Part shown: in pieces, positions 13,278 to 25,642 of the stretch
Position numbering within the stretch: position 1 is the stretch's first letter
Layout of the letters: every line of letters begins with the position of its first letter
From: Octopus sinensis
Taxonomy: Eukaryota
DNA: 64,000 bases
Assembly (NCBI RefSeq): GCF_006345805.1
Contig: NC_043007.1
Coordinates: 46,438,001 to 46,502,000 of the forward strand
Direction: 5' to 3'
Notes under the pieces: generated by a model
Seen by the model: the letters and a program-made list of their open reading frames with translations, nothing else
Told to the model about the DNA's origin: nothing
Database searches by the model: none
Translations under genes and position numbers: made by a program

Positions 13278-14135
13278 TTCAAGGCTATTTACATAATAGA
13301 ATAGTAGATGCTTGCAAGACAATAGTATGAACTCATAATTGCAAATGAAAGAGTACACAGACATTCACCTAAGAACTCTCGAGGAACTGCGCACATTTGT
13401 ACTGACAAGTGGCCTCTCCCAGCTCTATCCTCCGGCAATCAGCTACCTACTGAGAATAGCTTCATTACGTTAGGACATACTCGACGTTCCGGGAAATACG
13501 CTGGACAGTAGCACTTATTCATCTCATTCATTTTTCTCTCAACAAGTGGGTGAAGTACTTAATTTTTTAACTACCATGTTAAGAAATTGAGCACTTTCTC
13601 GTTTGTTGATATTACCAGGCCAAGCCCCATTTCCGGAAGTTATATATTCTGTCCTACTGAACAACTCTCTCGAAATGGGCTAGTCAGTCGACACGCATTG
13701 CAATACATTTGATTTAAACGAGAATTGACAATATCCATTTGCACACTGCGATATTTTTAATACAATCATTCTCGGTGTTCAACTCTGTATATTCATTTAT
13801 ACATACACACATACATAAATGCATACATACATAATTACATACATGTGGTTTTAGAGTCAAGTTTTGACTGCTATTAAGACATGTAAAACTTTCTAAAGAT
13901 CCTCTAGATCCTCTATTTTCGATTTTGTAGATGAATAGATGCACACACTTCAGTGCGTGAATGGCTATCTCGACCAACTCACCAACTCAAACACACATTT
14001 ACAAACACCGGGGTCTCTCTAAACTTACAAAATTTCGTCCCTCTTCTAATGACCGGCTTATACAAGAACTTATATAAAACTCATTGGCATAGAAAGATGT
14101 ACACACACACACACGGACACTAACATACACACACA

Positions 14136-14211
<76 letters not shown>

Positions 14212-14231
14212 ATATATATATATATTTATAC

Positions 14232-14279
14232 TCTTTTACTTGATTCAGTCATTTGACTGCTGCCATGCTGGAGCACCGC

Positions 14280-14283
<4 letters not shown>
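14232..14283 (-). mobile_element. Isolated SINE/LINE 3' tail (ttttacttg..tcagtcatttgactgc..ccatgctggagcaccgcc)
   Basis: Matches the 3' end of the SINE at 51370-51772. Confidence 0.7.
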
Positions 14284-14318
<35 letters not shown>

Positions 14319-14359
14319 TCCAATTCAAATGAACAATTTAAATAAACGAATAAAAAACG

Positions 14360-14490
14360 AAAACGAAAATCAGACGAGTAACGAACGTGAGGGCGTACAC
14401 AAGTAAATGTATTAGCATGCCGCTCGGTCAAAGGAGAGAGTTTGACATTTAGAGCATAGCTTTTCATCGAAAAGAAGAAAGGGAAAAGCC
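14360..14490 (-). mobile_element. Decayed copy of a PLE-LTR-like repeat with a degenerate hammerhead core
   Basis: Similar to 23860-23980. Minus strand reads cgatgaa-aagc-tat-gctc-taaa-tgtc, consistent with a mutated CTGATGA..GAGC..GCTC-GAAAC-GTC. Confidence 0.4.
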
Positions 14491-14559
14491 AAAGACGGAA
14501 AACAAATTGCCAACGGCACACGTGTAGTTACATTGCTTAGCTGACGGAAAGAAGAAGTC

Positions 14560-14802
14560 ATTGAAAAGGTAATTTTGGGAATAGTAGGGTGTGAACATGG
14601 TCAGTATGTGTGTGCATGTGTTGGGGTAGTGTGAGGGGTAATATCTGTGCGCATGTTTGTTTGTGTGAGTCGCCTTTGTGTCTATGTGTATGTGATAGTA
14701 TTCGCGTGCGTATGTGCTTGTGCGTACCTGTGTTTGCATATGTGCGTATGACGTAGTTTGAATGTGTGTGTATGTCTATGTGTGTGTGTCTGTCTGTGTC
14801 AC

Positions 14803-14840
<38 letters not shown>

Positions 14841-15290
14841 TCTGTGTGTGTGTGTGTGTACATGTGAATATATGTCTGTATATATGTGCATGTGAGGTGA
14901 GTGTGTGTGGAACTGACGTATATATACGTGGGTGTATGTGTGCGCATATGCGTGCGTGTGTATGCATACGCGGGAGTATGCGTGAGACGGAGAGATGGGT
15001 GAGATGGAGCGGGTATGTGTGGGTTGGTGTAGCTAAGCGTGTGTATATGTGTGCGAGTGTGCATAAATGCGTATGAGTGGGCGTACATGTGTGTGTACGT
15101 GTCTGTGCGTGTGTGTGTACATATAAGTGTGAGTACGTGTAAGGATGTGTGTGCGTGGATATGTGTATGTATCAGTATGTGTACTTGCGTATGAATATAT
15201 ATGAGTATGAGTGTGTGTATATGCGCATGTGTGTATGAGTGTGTGTGTAAGGAAGACCTCTATGCGTGTGTGAGTATGTGCAAAGGTATG
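14560..15290. repeat. GT/AT-rich cryptic simple-sequence region
   Basis: Direct reading; alternating purine-pyrimidine low complexity. Confidence 0.85.
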
Positions 15291-15293
15291 GCA

Positions 15294-15527
15294 GGAGAAG
15301 ATATTGATCAACCGGATATAGCTGATCATGTATGAGAAAATGCAGACCACCTCCCCCTGTGGGATGAAGTTAAAAAAATAGACAGAGAACACCACTGGAA
15401 AAGGCGAAAACTAAAAGCAGCAGCACATATGCTAGGACACAACATAGTCATAAGCAGACCGAGTGCAGATATGAATAGTATATGGGAACCGGTATTAAGG
15501 AAGGATACAAAAATATTAGATTTATAA
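15294..15527 (+). mobile_element. Penelope-like element GIY-YIG endonuclease C-terminal remnant
   Basis: Single frame GEDIDQPDIADHV*ENADHLPLWDEVKKIDREHHWKRRKLKAAAHMLGHNIVISRPSADMNSIWEPVLRKD...*; the IADH-W..W-EVK-IDRE-HW--RKLK-A-H-L pattern is typical of PLE C-termini. One TGG>TGA stop. Confidence 0.75.
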
Positions 15528-15580
15528 GCCCTAAAATTCACTCCATAAATGCCAGGGCCTAAATTTCAGGTAGTTACCTG

Positions 15581-15587
15581 AATAATA

Positions 15588-15650
<63 letters not shown>
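15581..15650. repeat. (AAT)n microsatellite, 5' flank of Dong-like LINE
   Basis: Direct reading. Confidence 0.98.
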
Positions 15651-15653
<3 letters not shown>

Positions 15654-18600
15654 CAACAGAAAAAATTACGAAGAAATTAAATAACACCGATATTATTCGA
15701 CCCAAGAATAACAATCGGGAAGTACGTACTTTGAACCTGTTACACAGAAAGTACGAAAAACTGCACGTGCAAAACAATGTGACAACAGAAATGAACGGAC
15801 CGGTACCCTACGAAAATGACGACCGTCAAAATAATGGGCCGGACGTTGCTTCTCATGTCCCGCAAATAAAACCAAAAATACATAAATGGACACTTGAGGA
15901 ATACATTTCTATCCTACACGCTTACTTTACAGCAATGCTCTACCCAAAGAATGAAAACACAACAACACATACATATAAAATATGTAAGGAAAATAACATA
16001 AATATAGACTTGGATACAGCAATGAACCCTAATAAACTAGCTAACGTACGAAGATATATTCTCAACGCAAAAAAAAAAAATATATCGGAAATAGAAATAG
16101 AACATTTAAAAGAAAACATACATCAGGAAAATGTAGATACAAGCCACACCATAATGCTAAATAATATGAACACTGAGATAGCAAAACACGAAGACAAACG
16201 TAACATTCCCAACAAAAACGATGTAAACAAAAATAACAGACCCAAACCGTAAGGATGCATAATAATGCACGACAAGCAGCAAGCCAAAACACAACAGACA
16301 AACATAAGAACATAAGAACCTAGAAACAACGAAGAGGAGCCTAATGATTATGATACTATAAAATGTAGAATAATCAAAAAACTGAATAACACAGATCTCA
16401 AGATGGACCATCGACCATACCTCCCAAAAATCAATATAGACAAAACAACAACATCAATTATAAACAGCATAAACCTAGCCATCACAGAACTAATAGCCAC
16501 TGAAACAAATAGCGATATCACTGAGCTAAATGACTTAGTATATGCAGCAGCCACTGCAGCCACAAAAGAAGCTGGATACTCTCTCAAACCGATCCAAACA
16601 GGAATACCCCCTCCCAAACAAACCCTGTGGATAAGTAACATCCAAAACAAAATACAAAACAACATGGGAAAAGGTCTGTCGATTCTTAATGAAATCAGTA
16701 GACAATCAACGCTACTAAGCAACAAAAAAAACTAAAAATACTGTGCAAATACATCACGGAAAAAGATTTACCTGAGATAAAAGAAAAACTAAAGCAAGAT
16801 ATCCTTGCCAAAGCACAAAGGATCCGCCGGTATGTGAAACGCCAACGTTTCTTTGTACAAAACAAACAGTTCACCTTCAACCCCCAGATGTTCTACCAAG
16901 AACTTGGCAAGAATAAAATAGACATCACTGCTGCACCAACGGCAGAAGAAGTGGAAGAATACTGGAAAGGAATATGGTCGGCGAATGAACAACAAAAAAA
17001 AGGAGTATTAAAACAACAAACATAGCATCTGAGCAACATTTGATCCCCCATAACAACTGAAGAGGTAACCCAGGCACTGCAAAGACTAAGGAACTTGAAG
17101 GCACCTGGGCATGACAAGATCCCCAACTTCTGGTTGAAATATCTACCAGGATTGCACAAAAAGCTGGCTGAAGGATTTAACAACATACTGGCAGAGCCGG
17201 AGACAATGCCTGAGTGGCTCACGAAGAGGAAAAACCATCTTAATTCCCAAATCCAAAGAGACAGCAAAACCAGAAAACTACATACCTATAACCTGCCCCC
17301 CCCCTACAATGTACAAAGCATTTACTGCAGTAATATCACAAAAAATTAAACAAGCACCTGGACGAAAGGATGCCGCAAAGGCTCATACGGCTGTAAAGAT
17401 CAACTAATGATCAATAAAGCCAAAACCGAAGACAGCCACAGAAAGATGAAAGGCCTCAGTATGGCATAGATCGACTACAGAAAGGCGTTTGATAGCATCC
17501 CCCACACATGGATCTTTGAAACACTAGCCATTAACAAAGTAGCACCAAAAATTATAAAATACATAGGACACACTATGAATAAATGGCAAACAGTGCTACA
17601 GCTCCAAACAAAAGAGGGACCCATGAAAACCAAAGCCATCCCCATTAGAAGAGGAATATTCCAGGGTGACACACTCTCTCCATTCCTTTTCTGCTTGGCA
17701 CTGTCACCTCTATCTGATATGCTAGATAGAACTGGATGCAGATATAAATGTTACGGCAAAATGATCAGCCACCTTTTGTATATGGATGACCTAAAACTAT
17801 ACGCTGCAAATGACAAACAGCTGGAAACACTACTAAAGACAGTTCATGGATTTACGAAAGAAATAGATATGAAATTTGGATTATAAAAATGTGCCAAAGT
17901 AATCCTGAAAAGAGGAAAACTAGTTAAGAGTAGCAACATCATACTAGATAAAACCAATGAAATAAGAGAATTAAACCAAAGCCAAACTTACAAATACGTA
18001 GGAATCCATGAACTAGATGAGACAAAAACACACAAATGAAAGAGAAAATAAAACAAGAACAAGTTAGATCAATACTAAAATCAGAGCTCAATACTAAAAA
18101 CAAAATAACGGGCATTAACACTTTAGCCGTCCCAGTTATAAGTTACAGCTACAATATCCTTAACTGGACACTAAATGAACTGACCAAAATAGATAGGAAA
18201 ACAAGAAAAATTATGAGATGATCTAGGATGTATCACCCAAAATCTGACATAGAAAGACTATATATACAACGTATAGAAGGTGGTAGAGGCCTTATACAGC
18301 TGGAAAACTACTATAAAATAACCATAGGACTTCACAAATATCTACTTCAGAAGGAAGGAAAACTGATACAAATAGCGGCAAGACACGAGCAAAACAAAAA
18401 ACTGTACTTAGTATTTAAGGAAGCTGACAAATACAAACAAGAAATCATACCACCTAACAAATATGAAGAAGAAGAAGAGGAAGGAAGAAGAAGAAGAAGA
18501 AGAAGAAGAAGAAGAAGAAGAAGAAGAAGAAGAAGAAGAAGAAGAAGAAGAAGAAGAAGAAGAAGAAGAAGAGAAGAAGAAGAAGAAGAAGAAGAAGAAG

Positions 18601-19574
18601 AAGAAGAAGAAGAAGAAGAAGAAGAAGAAGAAGAAGAAGAAGAAACAACAAAATCTATAAAACAAATTAAATCCAAACTAAAACTAGGACAGCAACGAAC
18701 CATGATAAAACGATGGCAAGAAAAGCCCCTTCATGGCAAAGACTGGACTAAACTAAATGCAAAAGAAATAGACAAAGAAAAATGCCAGCATTGGTTGAGA
18801 AGCTCAGGACTCAAAGCAGAGACAGCGGGATTTTTAATTGCAGCACAAGACCAAAGCCTCCCCACCAGAAATTACCAAAAACATGTAATGAAAAGAAATT
18901 AACAAGTAACTGCAGAATATGTGGAAATGGACAAGAAACAATAAATCATATTATCTCTGGCTGCCCAGTCCTGGCTAAGAAGGAATATATTCACAGACAC
19001 GACAGAGTTGGGACCTACATACACTGGAAGTTATGCCAACATTATGGTATAACAACAGAAAAAAGATGGTATAGGCACACACAAGAAAGGGTCATAGAAA
19101 ACGAGAAAGCAACCATACTCTGGGATATGCCGATACACACAGATAGAGAAATTAAGGCCAACACACCAGATATAGTTATCAGAGATCATGAAGAGAAAAA
19201 TGCTCTCCAATTGATGTATCAATACCAGCAGATAACAACGTGTCTCTAAAAGAAATGGAGAAACTTTCAAAATACAAAGACCTGAAAATAGAGGTAACCA
19301 TAATGTGGAATCTAAAAACAGAAACAATTCCTATCAAAGTAGGTGCATTAGGCATGCTAAAAAAATATTCAGACAAATACATAACAAAAACACCAGGACT
19401 TACAAACACATATGATATACAGAAAATTGCACTACTAGGCACTGCACACATCCCACGCAGAACACTTTCCATACAATAACCACCAGAGCATCACAACAAA
19501 TCACAGCAGATACCCAAGGCACACAGAGCAGCGCTCGGTAGTGAAGTGAAAGCATGCTATAAAAATAAAAATTA

Positions 19575-19577
<3 letters not shown>
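15651..19577 (+). mobile_element. Near full-length R4/Dong-like non-LTR retrotransposon, pseudogenised single ORF (N-terminal domain, RT, CCHC knuckle, REL endonuclease)
   Basis: KAPGHDKIPNFWLK, IDYRKAFDSIPH, RRGIFQGDTLSPFLFCL, HLLYMDDLKLY, ETINHIISGCPVLAKKEYIHRHD, ANTPDIV, KYKDL. Scattered stops and frameshifts; (AAT)n on both sides. Confidence 0.96.
18465..18644 (+). repeat. (GAA)n expansion inside the LINE ORF
   Basis: About 180 bp here versus 30 bp at the homologous site (6071-6100) of the sister copy. Confidence 0.95.
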
Positions 19578-19651
<74 letters not shown>

Positions 19652-19667
19652 TGATGATAAAAATAAC

Positions 19668-20224
19668 AAATGCCCTGATGTAGCACCAGGCAGTCGCTCT
19701 CATGGCTTCTAATCTTAACTGATTGGAAGTGATATCATGGACATTGTTTTTGTCTTGGTATAAAAGATGGGCTACAGCAAATATTCTGCTCATTACCACA
19801 GATTTGCTTGTCAGTTGTTTGACCTTAAACAGTTGAGCATGTCCCTTAGTGGCTGATGATATGTGCATCTCTGATCACGAGCAGAAGTAGTTGGGAGCAT
19901 CATAGCAACGTGTTGAGAGGGCTTCTTTGTGGTTTGAATAATTCACCTCTGCAAACATAGGTGTTTCGTTCTACATCCGTAAAGAACCCTTATTCAGGGA
20001 CCTTTTGAGCGGGATGGGTTACTCGACCAGAAGAAACTTCTAACTGGGTTTCACCTGCAAGGTCATGTGCTGTTTACCTTTATATGAGATTACCATGTCA
20101 CGCACATATGGCTGTGATGCATGTGCCTGGTGTACCCTTATCAGACGGGTAGTCATGATGGGTATCCTGGGCTTCTATATTTTACGCCAGTGTCACTTTG
20201 ATGGCATGCACTGCTCTCTCACTC
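19668..20224 (+). mobile_element. ~555-bp non-coding TAA-embedded retroposon, copy A (full length)
   Basis: Starts aaatgccctgatg, ends ctctcactc(aat)n. Homologous copies at 34188 and 36261; (AAT)n on both sides. Confidence 0.85.
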
Positions 20225-20294
<70 letters not shown>

Positions 20295-20559
20295 TCAAAA
20301 TTGACACTTGAATATTGAAGCTCATTGATTCCTGTTCAATGTTATAATATTCCTTTGTCATTGTAGAATATATATTTGTTTTTTTCTTACATTTCAGTTC
20401 GGATTGCGACGAAGAAATATACACAATAAAATCAAAAATGGCATCAACGATAAAAGAAAACTTTTTTAAAGTAACAATAAAAAAAGTTACGAAAATTTTT
20501 AACGGTAATGACAAATATTTTAAATTTTGCCAATATTTAAGGGAAAAAACTGGACAGAT

Positions 20560-21075
20560 AAGCTCCGATTATTTTACAGTCAAGGCCACAGAGAGAATTG
20601 TGGAAAGTATGTGTGGCCAAGTTGGCGACCTATTTCAATTTGAATAAAATCACCCTGGAAGAGATAAAATATTTTTCAATAGAATTGGTAGTTGAAGCTG
20701 ACAAATACTTTGATGGTGCCAAAATATTACACAAACCGTAAAGTATTTGACTGCTCATATTGATGCGGAGAGAAATCCTTGCTTGTGTGTTAAATTTTTC
20801 AGCCGCTACCGAAAGAATGGAATGAATAGTGTCAATTTTGTGGCGGAATCAATACCGATATCAATAAATTGTGACTTCAGACGCACAGATGATATGATTA
20901 GTAACACACTGATTATGTTGAGATTTATGAAGAATGTGCAGCAAGCAGTTTAACTGAAACATTCCCAAAGCTTACGGAAAAGAAAAAGAAAGCAAAAGTG
21001 GAAATTGCTATGGTAGTTGAGAGCGCAGCAGATAGCGCTGTACACAGGCTGAAAATGTATGCCGAGTCTGTGCAT
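20560..21075 (+). pseudogene. Possible decayed hAT-type transposase C-terminus
   Basis: Broken frames give ELWKVCVAKLATYF... and ILACVLNFSAATERME*IVSILWRNQ, resembling the A-ER-FS..-LW dimerisation region. Weak. Confidence 0.3.
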
Positions 21076-21489
21076 TGAAGGAATAAATAAGTTATTGAAC
21101 AGGTATCAAAAATAACATTGCAATTGACACAAAGCCATCAATCACGAAGTAAAACTATACACCCCCAATGTAGAATGCAACTTTTTCCATAATCTAATCG
21201 ACAGGTAGGCAATAACAGAAAAAGTAACGTAAAGAATTTGAATTTTAAAATCGAATAATGCGAAGTGTTTCAGATTTAAGAAATATTGCATAGTTATGAC
21301 AGGTAATGAAACCAATGAAATCATGTTTCTTCAAATACCGTTGACAATAGAAAGATAGTTATCAGTATCTGAATGTGATACTGAAACAGCTTTATCGCTA
21401 ACTTAAACACACGGTAGATGAAACTAGTCAGGATTGAAATATAGTGTTTTGTTTTTGAGTATCAGTTTCATTGGAATTTTTTGTGGAAG

Positions 21490-21895
21490 TTCACGTGTGT
21501 GTGTGTATGTGTGTGTGCGTGTGTAGATAGATATGATATATAGCTATATATAAAAATGTGTAATGGTGTCTGTTTGTATGAGTGTTTGGGGTTACTGTAA
21601 CTCCCCCACACCGTCAAACCGATTATATTGATATTTGGTACATAGGTAGATCACATGACCTGAAGTTAAAATAAGGCCGGAATTTTTCGAAAACTCGATA
21701 ATGCCTAGTTGGCATCGATTTTTGTGAGCTCCATCAGGCGTTTGAATGGACATTTCTATAACGACGTTATTTTTCCTGCAGCTTTTGGCCTTTTTCACGT
21801 GTAAAATATCAACAAAATCGATAGAATATTCTCTTAGGAAATGCTTAATCAATACAAGGTCAGTGGAGGTCTTAACCTCAACACGGAAAACACGA

Positions 21896-21900
<5 letters not shown>
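21490..21900. mobile_element. Possible Helentron/DINE-1-like non-autonomous element
   Basis: GT-type microsatellite followed by aactccc...aaaccgattatattgatatttggtacatagg, the layout recalled for HINE/DINE-1 elements. Termini not resolved. Confidence 0.3.
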
Positions 21901-21940
<40 letters not shown>

Positions 21941-23049
21941 AGGCAAAAGAAATGGCTTTTATACATTCATTTGTACAGCTGTTTCGTATATTCCCTTTTG
22001 GTGCATTGATGGTTAAGTTTAATCAGTAAATCGACTGATCGATTGAAAATATACTTAGGCATCTAGGGTATTTCTAATTTTTTAAAAATTTGAAGTATTA
22101 AAATATATCTAATTTGTCACAGGAATTCATATAAGTACATGATGTTTAACAGATTACTGTTAATTTAGTGTTAGTAATCAGGAATTAAATATCTATAATA
22201 AGTAATGTCACAGTAACACGAAAATTAGATAAGACCTGAAATATATGACTAGTTATCATTAATCCGATTGCAATGATATGCTAAGCTATCATTCATAAAA
22301 TGGTTGGTATAATAAATTACACAGGTGCAAAGTGAAAAAGACAAACCAAGGCAAAACAAAATAAAATAAACATGAAACCATAAAAAGAAGGCGATACAGA
22401 AACTTAAGTAAAATACAATGAAAATAAAATGGGAGAATAATGGAATGGATATAGGAAAATGAAGCATAACATAAATGGAATCCTCTTGTCATATAAATAA
22501 AGACATTTGTAATGAAATTTATTGGTAACTAATAAGAATTAAGACTGCTATTTAATGTAAGTATGTATCATACACAATCTATTACATCAGTAAGGTTTAC
22601 AGGTGTTACCATATCTAATTCATCTTATGATTCATTATCGGGGGAATAATCTAAAGGTTTTGTTGTAAATACATTTACATCGAAACGCTATTTCCTGGCT
22701 TTTATGGTCCTATACTCAGACGTAAGTATTAACAATGACTCTTCTAGGCAAAGTTTACATCTCGTTTTTCCTACGTCATGGGGTGGTACACTTGCTTAAT
22801 ATCGAGCAGTTAGTATTATACTTCATTTTGCTTAGATTAAGCTGCGAAGTTGGCTTGCTCAGTGGAAATGAGATTTCTTTTTTCCCGTGCCAAATCATGA
22901 GACGTGGTTATAAAATCAAGAATTGAAATGTTTTGTGCAACATCCTATGCAATGGCAAAGAGTAACAACCAGCCATCAATGCTATATATTGTTTTTAAGG
23001 CATTGCTTATTTAACGGACATTTTTCAGGTCTCTGAATTACAGTTATTA

Positions 23050-23660
23050 TTTGATGAAAACTCACAGCTTATTGTGTTGGATATGATAGAAAGTGTCAGC
23101 TGTCCGCAGCCAGCCGACTAAGGTGACAATTGTTTACTGATCATGCTTCAAGAATCCTGCGACGGATTCTTGCAGCTCCAAGCAATGCAGATTTTTGCAG
23201 GTGTTCTAACTTTACATTTTTACCGATCTTCTTGAGGCATGTTGGTAGGTGAGTGCTGGTACTTCCAAATGCGTCAGTCACTACTGGTATCACGTCTACT
23301 CATTGACCACAACCTTCGTGTCCCACTTCAAATACTCATAGTTTTTCATTAGTTCTTTCTTTTTGATCCTGTTGTCACCAGTAAATGCTATGTCGATTAT
23401 CGTGCATGCTCTTTCTTTTCTTTTTCAACACGACAAAGTCTGGTAAGGCGATAACACTGAATCATTACATCCCACAGGATTTTGCAATTTTCATCCGCGG
23501 TAACTCCTTCTAGAGTTTCCTCATATCACGTCTTTGATCTTTGTATGCCGTGATTTCCACAGAGTTCTCAACGGATCATTCTTGCCACATTGTCATGTCG
23601 TATTTTACATTCGCGTTGTGCCATACTGTTTCAACCCTCTCACCAAACATTCTGCGTTTA
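23050..23660 (-). mobile_element. 5'-truncated R4/Dong-like LINE 3' end (distinct subfamily), abutting (TTA)n
   Basis: Minus strand reads IRHDNVARMI..ELCGNHGI..KILWDVMIQC..PDFVVL..TIIDIA..IPVVTDAFGS..LQKSALLGAARI. Confidence 0.85.
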
Positions 23661-23672
23661 ATATTATTATTA

Positions 23673-23753
<81 letters not shown>

Positions 23754-23786
23754 TTGGTGTTGTTGTTGTTATTGTTGTTGTTTATG

Positions 23787-23822
<36 letters not shown>

Positions 23823-23825
23823 GTA
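23660..23825. repeat. Compound microsatellite (ATT)n-(AGT)n-(GTT)n-(GGT)n-(AGT)n
   Basis: Direct reading. Confidence 0.95.
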
Positions 23826-23844
23826 TACTATCTGTCTGTAACAT

Positions 23845-24120
23845 ATATATAGTTCAAATTTATAGAAAAACAAAGGCGAAGATAGGTGTGGGAACAACAA
23901 GCAGGTGTATTAGTTTGACGCTCGGGAAAAATGGAACAATCTTTTACGTTTCAAGATTACGATCCACGAGAGAAAGGAATGAGAGAAAATAGAGTTAGAA
24001 TGAAAACAATGCCTGTTGATTTAAGTTGTCTAATATGCCGTTTGTTTTAATTATTTCTCTCTTTATTTCCTCTTATTCCTTTCAGTCGAAGTGCGTAGAC
24101 TCGAAATGTAAATGACTGAT
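23845..24120. mobile_element. PLE-LTR-like repeat with an internal fold-back of two degenerate hammerhead-type motifs
   Basis: 23940-23980 and 24078-24118 are imperfect inverted repeats (tcctttc..tcg....cgta..ct.gaaa.gtaaa.ga). Confidence 0.45.
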
Positions 24121-25291
24121 CCAAGCTAATACACTTGCATGTTGTTCTTACATCTGTCTTATCTTGCTCTATATATTTGAACTGTATATTATAAGCTCAC
24201 ACGGTCATACCAGTTTGATCCTGGCTGAACTTCCCACTGTCTTGGACACGCATAACTTAACCACTTCCAGACCTTTCAGCACCTCTCCTCATCCACATAT
24301 CAGCACTCCACCCAGATTAACATTGGATCTTCGTACTCTTTTGGACTCTACCTTAATGGATCTCACAGGCTATTTTCGTATGTGTGTGTAAGTTTGTGTG
24401 TTGGGATTCACCGTCAAACGGCTGGGTGGAATTACGCGAAAATCTATACATATATGTAGAATGATCCGGTGCTGATGCCGGACTTTGTATTTTCCATTGC
24501 TTCCATAGTTAACGAGATATTCTTCTATAACCATAATCTTGTGTTTATGAATGCGAAAGGAAGGGGTGATGCATGAATAAGGAAGGATGGAATGATGTCA
24601 GTCATACTTGATATTGTGATGATGAAAATTGTACGCAGGAAAAAATAAATGAAACAGCGTTTAAAACCTGTGTGAATGTGTGTGTGTATGTAAAAGGAGG
24701 GGTATGTGAATGTGAGTGTGTGTGCATGAGTGTGTGTTTGTGCTTGTGTGTGTGTGTGAGTGAGCGCAATGAAAGTAAGATGGTTGGGGTTTGTGAATGT
24801 GTGTGTGCGCGCGCGCAATGGAAGTGTGGTGGTTAACATGCAACGCTGAAAAGAATAATGGAACAGCGTTTCAACTCTGTGTATTCGGTATATTTCACTT
24901 GAGTAAAATCTGTTCTCTATAAAATTCCGTGTCTGTTTTTTGTTGATGTAAAGTAATTTCTTTGGTATTTCTCGACTTAATTTTATTTAGCGTCATTATT
25001 ATTAAATTTATGCATTTCTAATCAATTTGGAGATATTTGCTATCGAGTTGCGTATTTTTTACAATGCATTTGGTGATTATTTGCTTTATTTCTCGGGCAA
25101 AATTTACAACTTACAATAAACAAATAAAATTATTCCATTCAAAAATACATGAGTTTGTTTTTAATGATGATTTGAAATGGCAAATGTTTTTTCTAACTGT
25201 ATTTGCTTGAAAAAAAATGCTTTTCTTTTTACTTAGCAATTCGTTATAATTACTTTTACGATGTGCCTAAATAAAAGCCATCTTTATAGAT

Positions 25292-25495
25292 CAGCGTTCT
25301 CAAACTTCTTCGCGATTCGGCTCCCCTTGGACAATGAAAAATTTATTTCTGCTCCCCTGTGTTGAAGAAAAATTTAATATAGCTTCCCAAGTATCTGAGA
25401 TAGACCACCCGGCCCATGAAAATTCTGACAAAGGGGTGGGGAATCCAATCAAAACAGGGGACCCGAAATCGAAATGATAAGTTTGAGAAACGCTG
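25292..25495. mobile_element. hAT-type MITE
   Basis: TIRs cagcgtt(t)ctcaaactt / aagtttgagaaacgctg; 8-bp TSD ttatagat / ttacagat (7 of 8 match). Confidence 0.85.
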
Positions 25496-25572
25496 TTACA
25501 GATTATGCCTAACCGAAAACGATCACAGCCACATCAGCCAAACAGACCGAGTGAAACCGGGCTTAGCTGCCA

Positions 25573-25642
<70 letters not shown>

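Noticed and set aside
13350-13520. LSQLYPPAISYLLRIA, a possible hAT dimerisation motif
   Set aside because: The ERSFS signature is absent; resemblance too weak.
19668-19760. HDV-like or hammerhead ribozyme at the 5' end of the TAA-embedded element
   Set aside because: Only a simple hairpin (cttct(a/g)atc/gattggaag); no nested double pseudoknot or hammerhead core could be built.
22655-22690. Hairpin followed by GAAAC
   Set aside because: No CUGANGA upstream.
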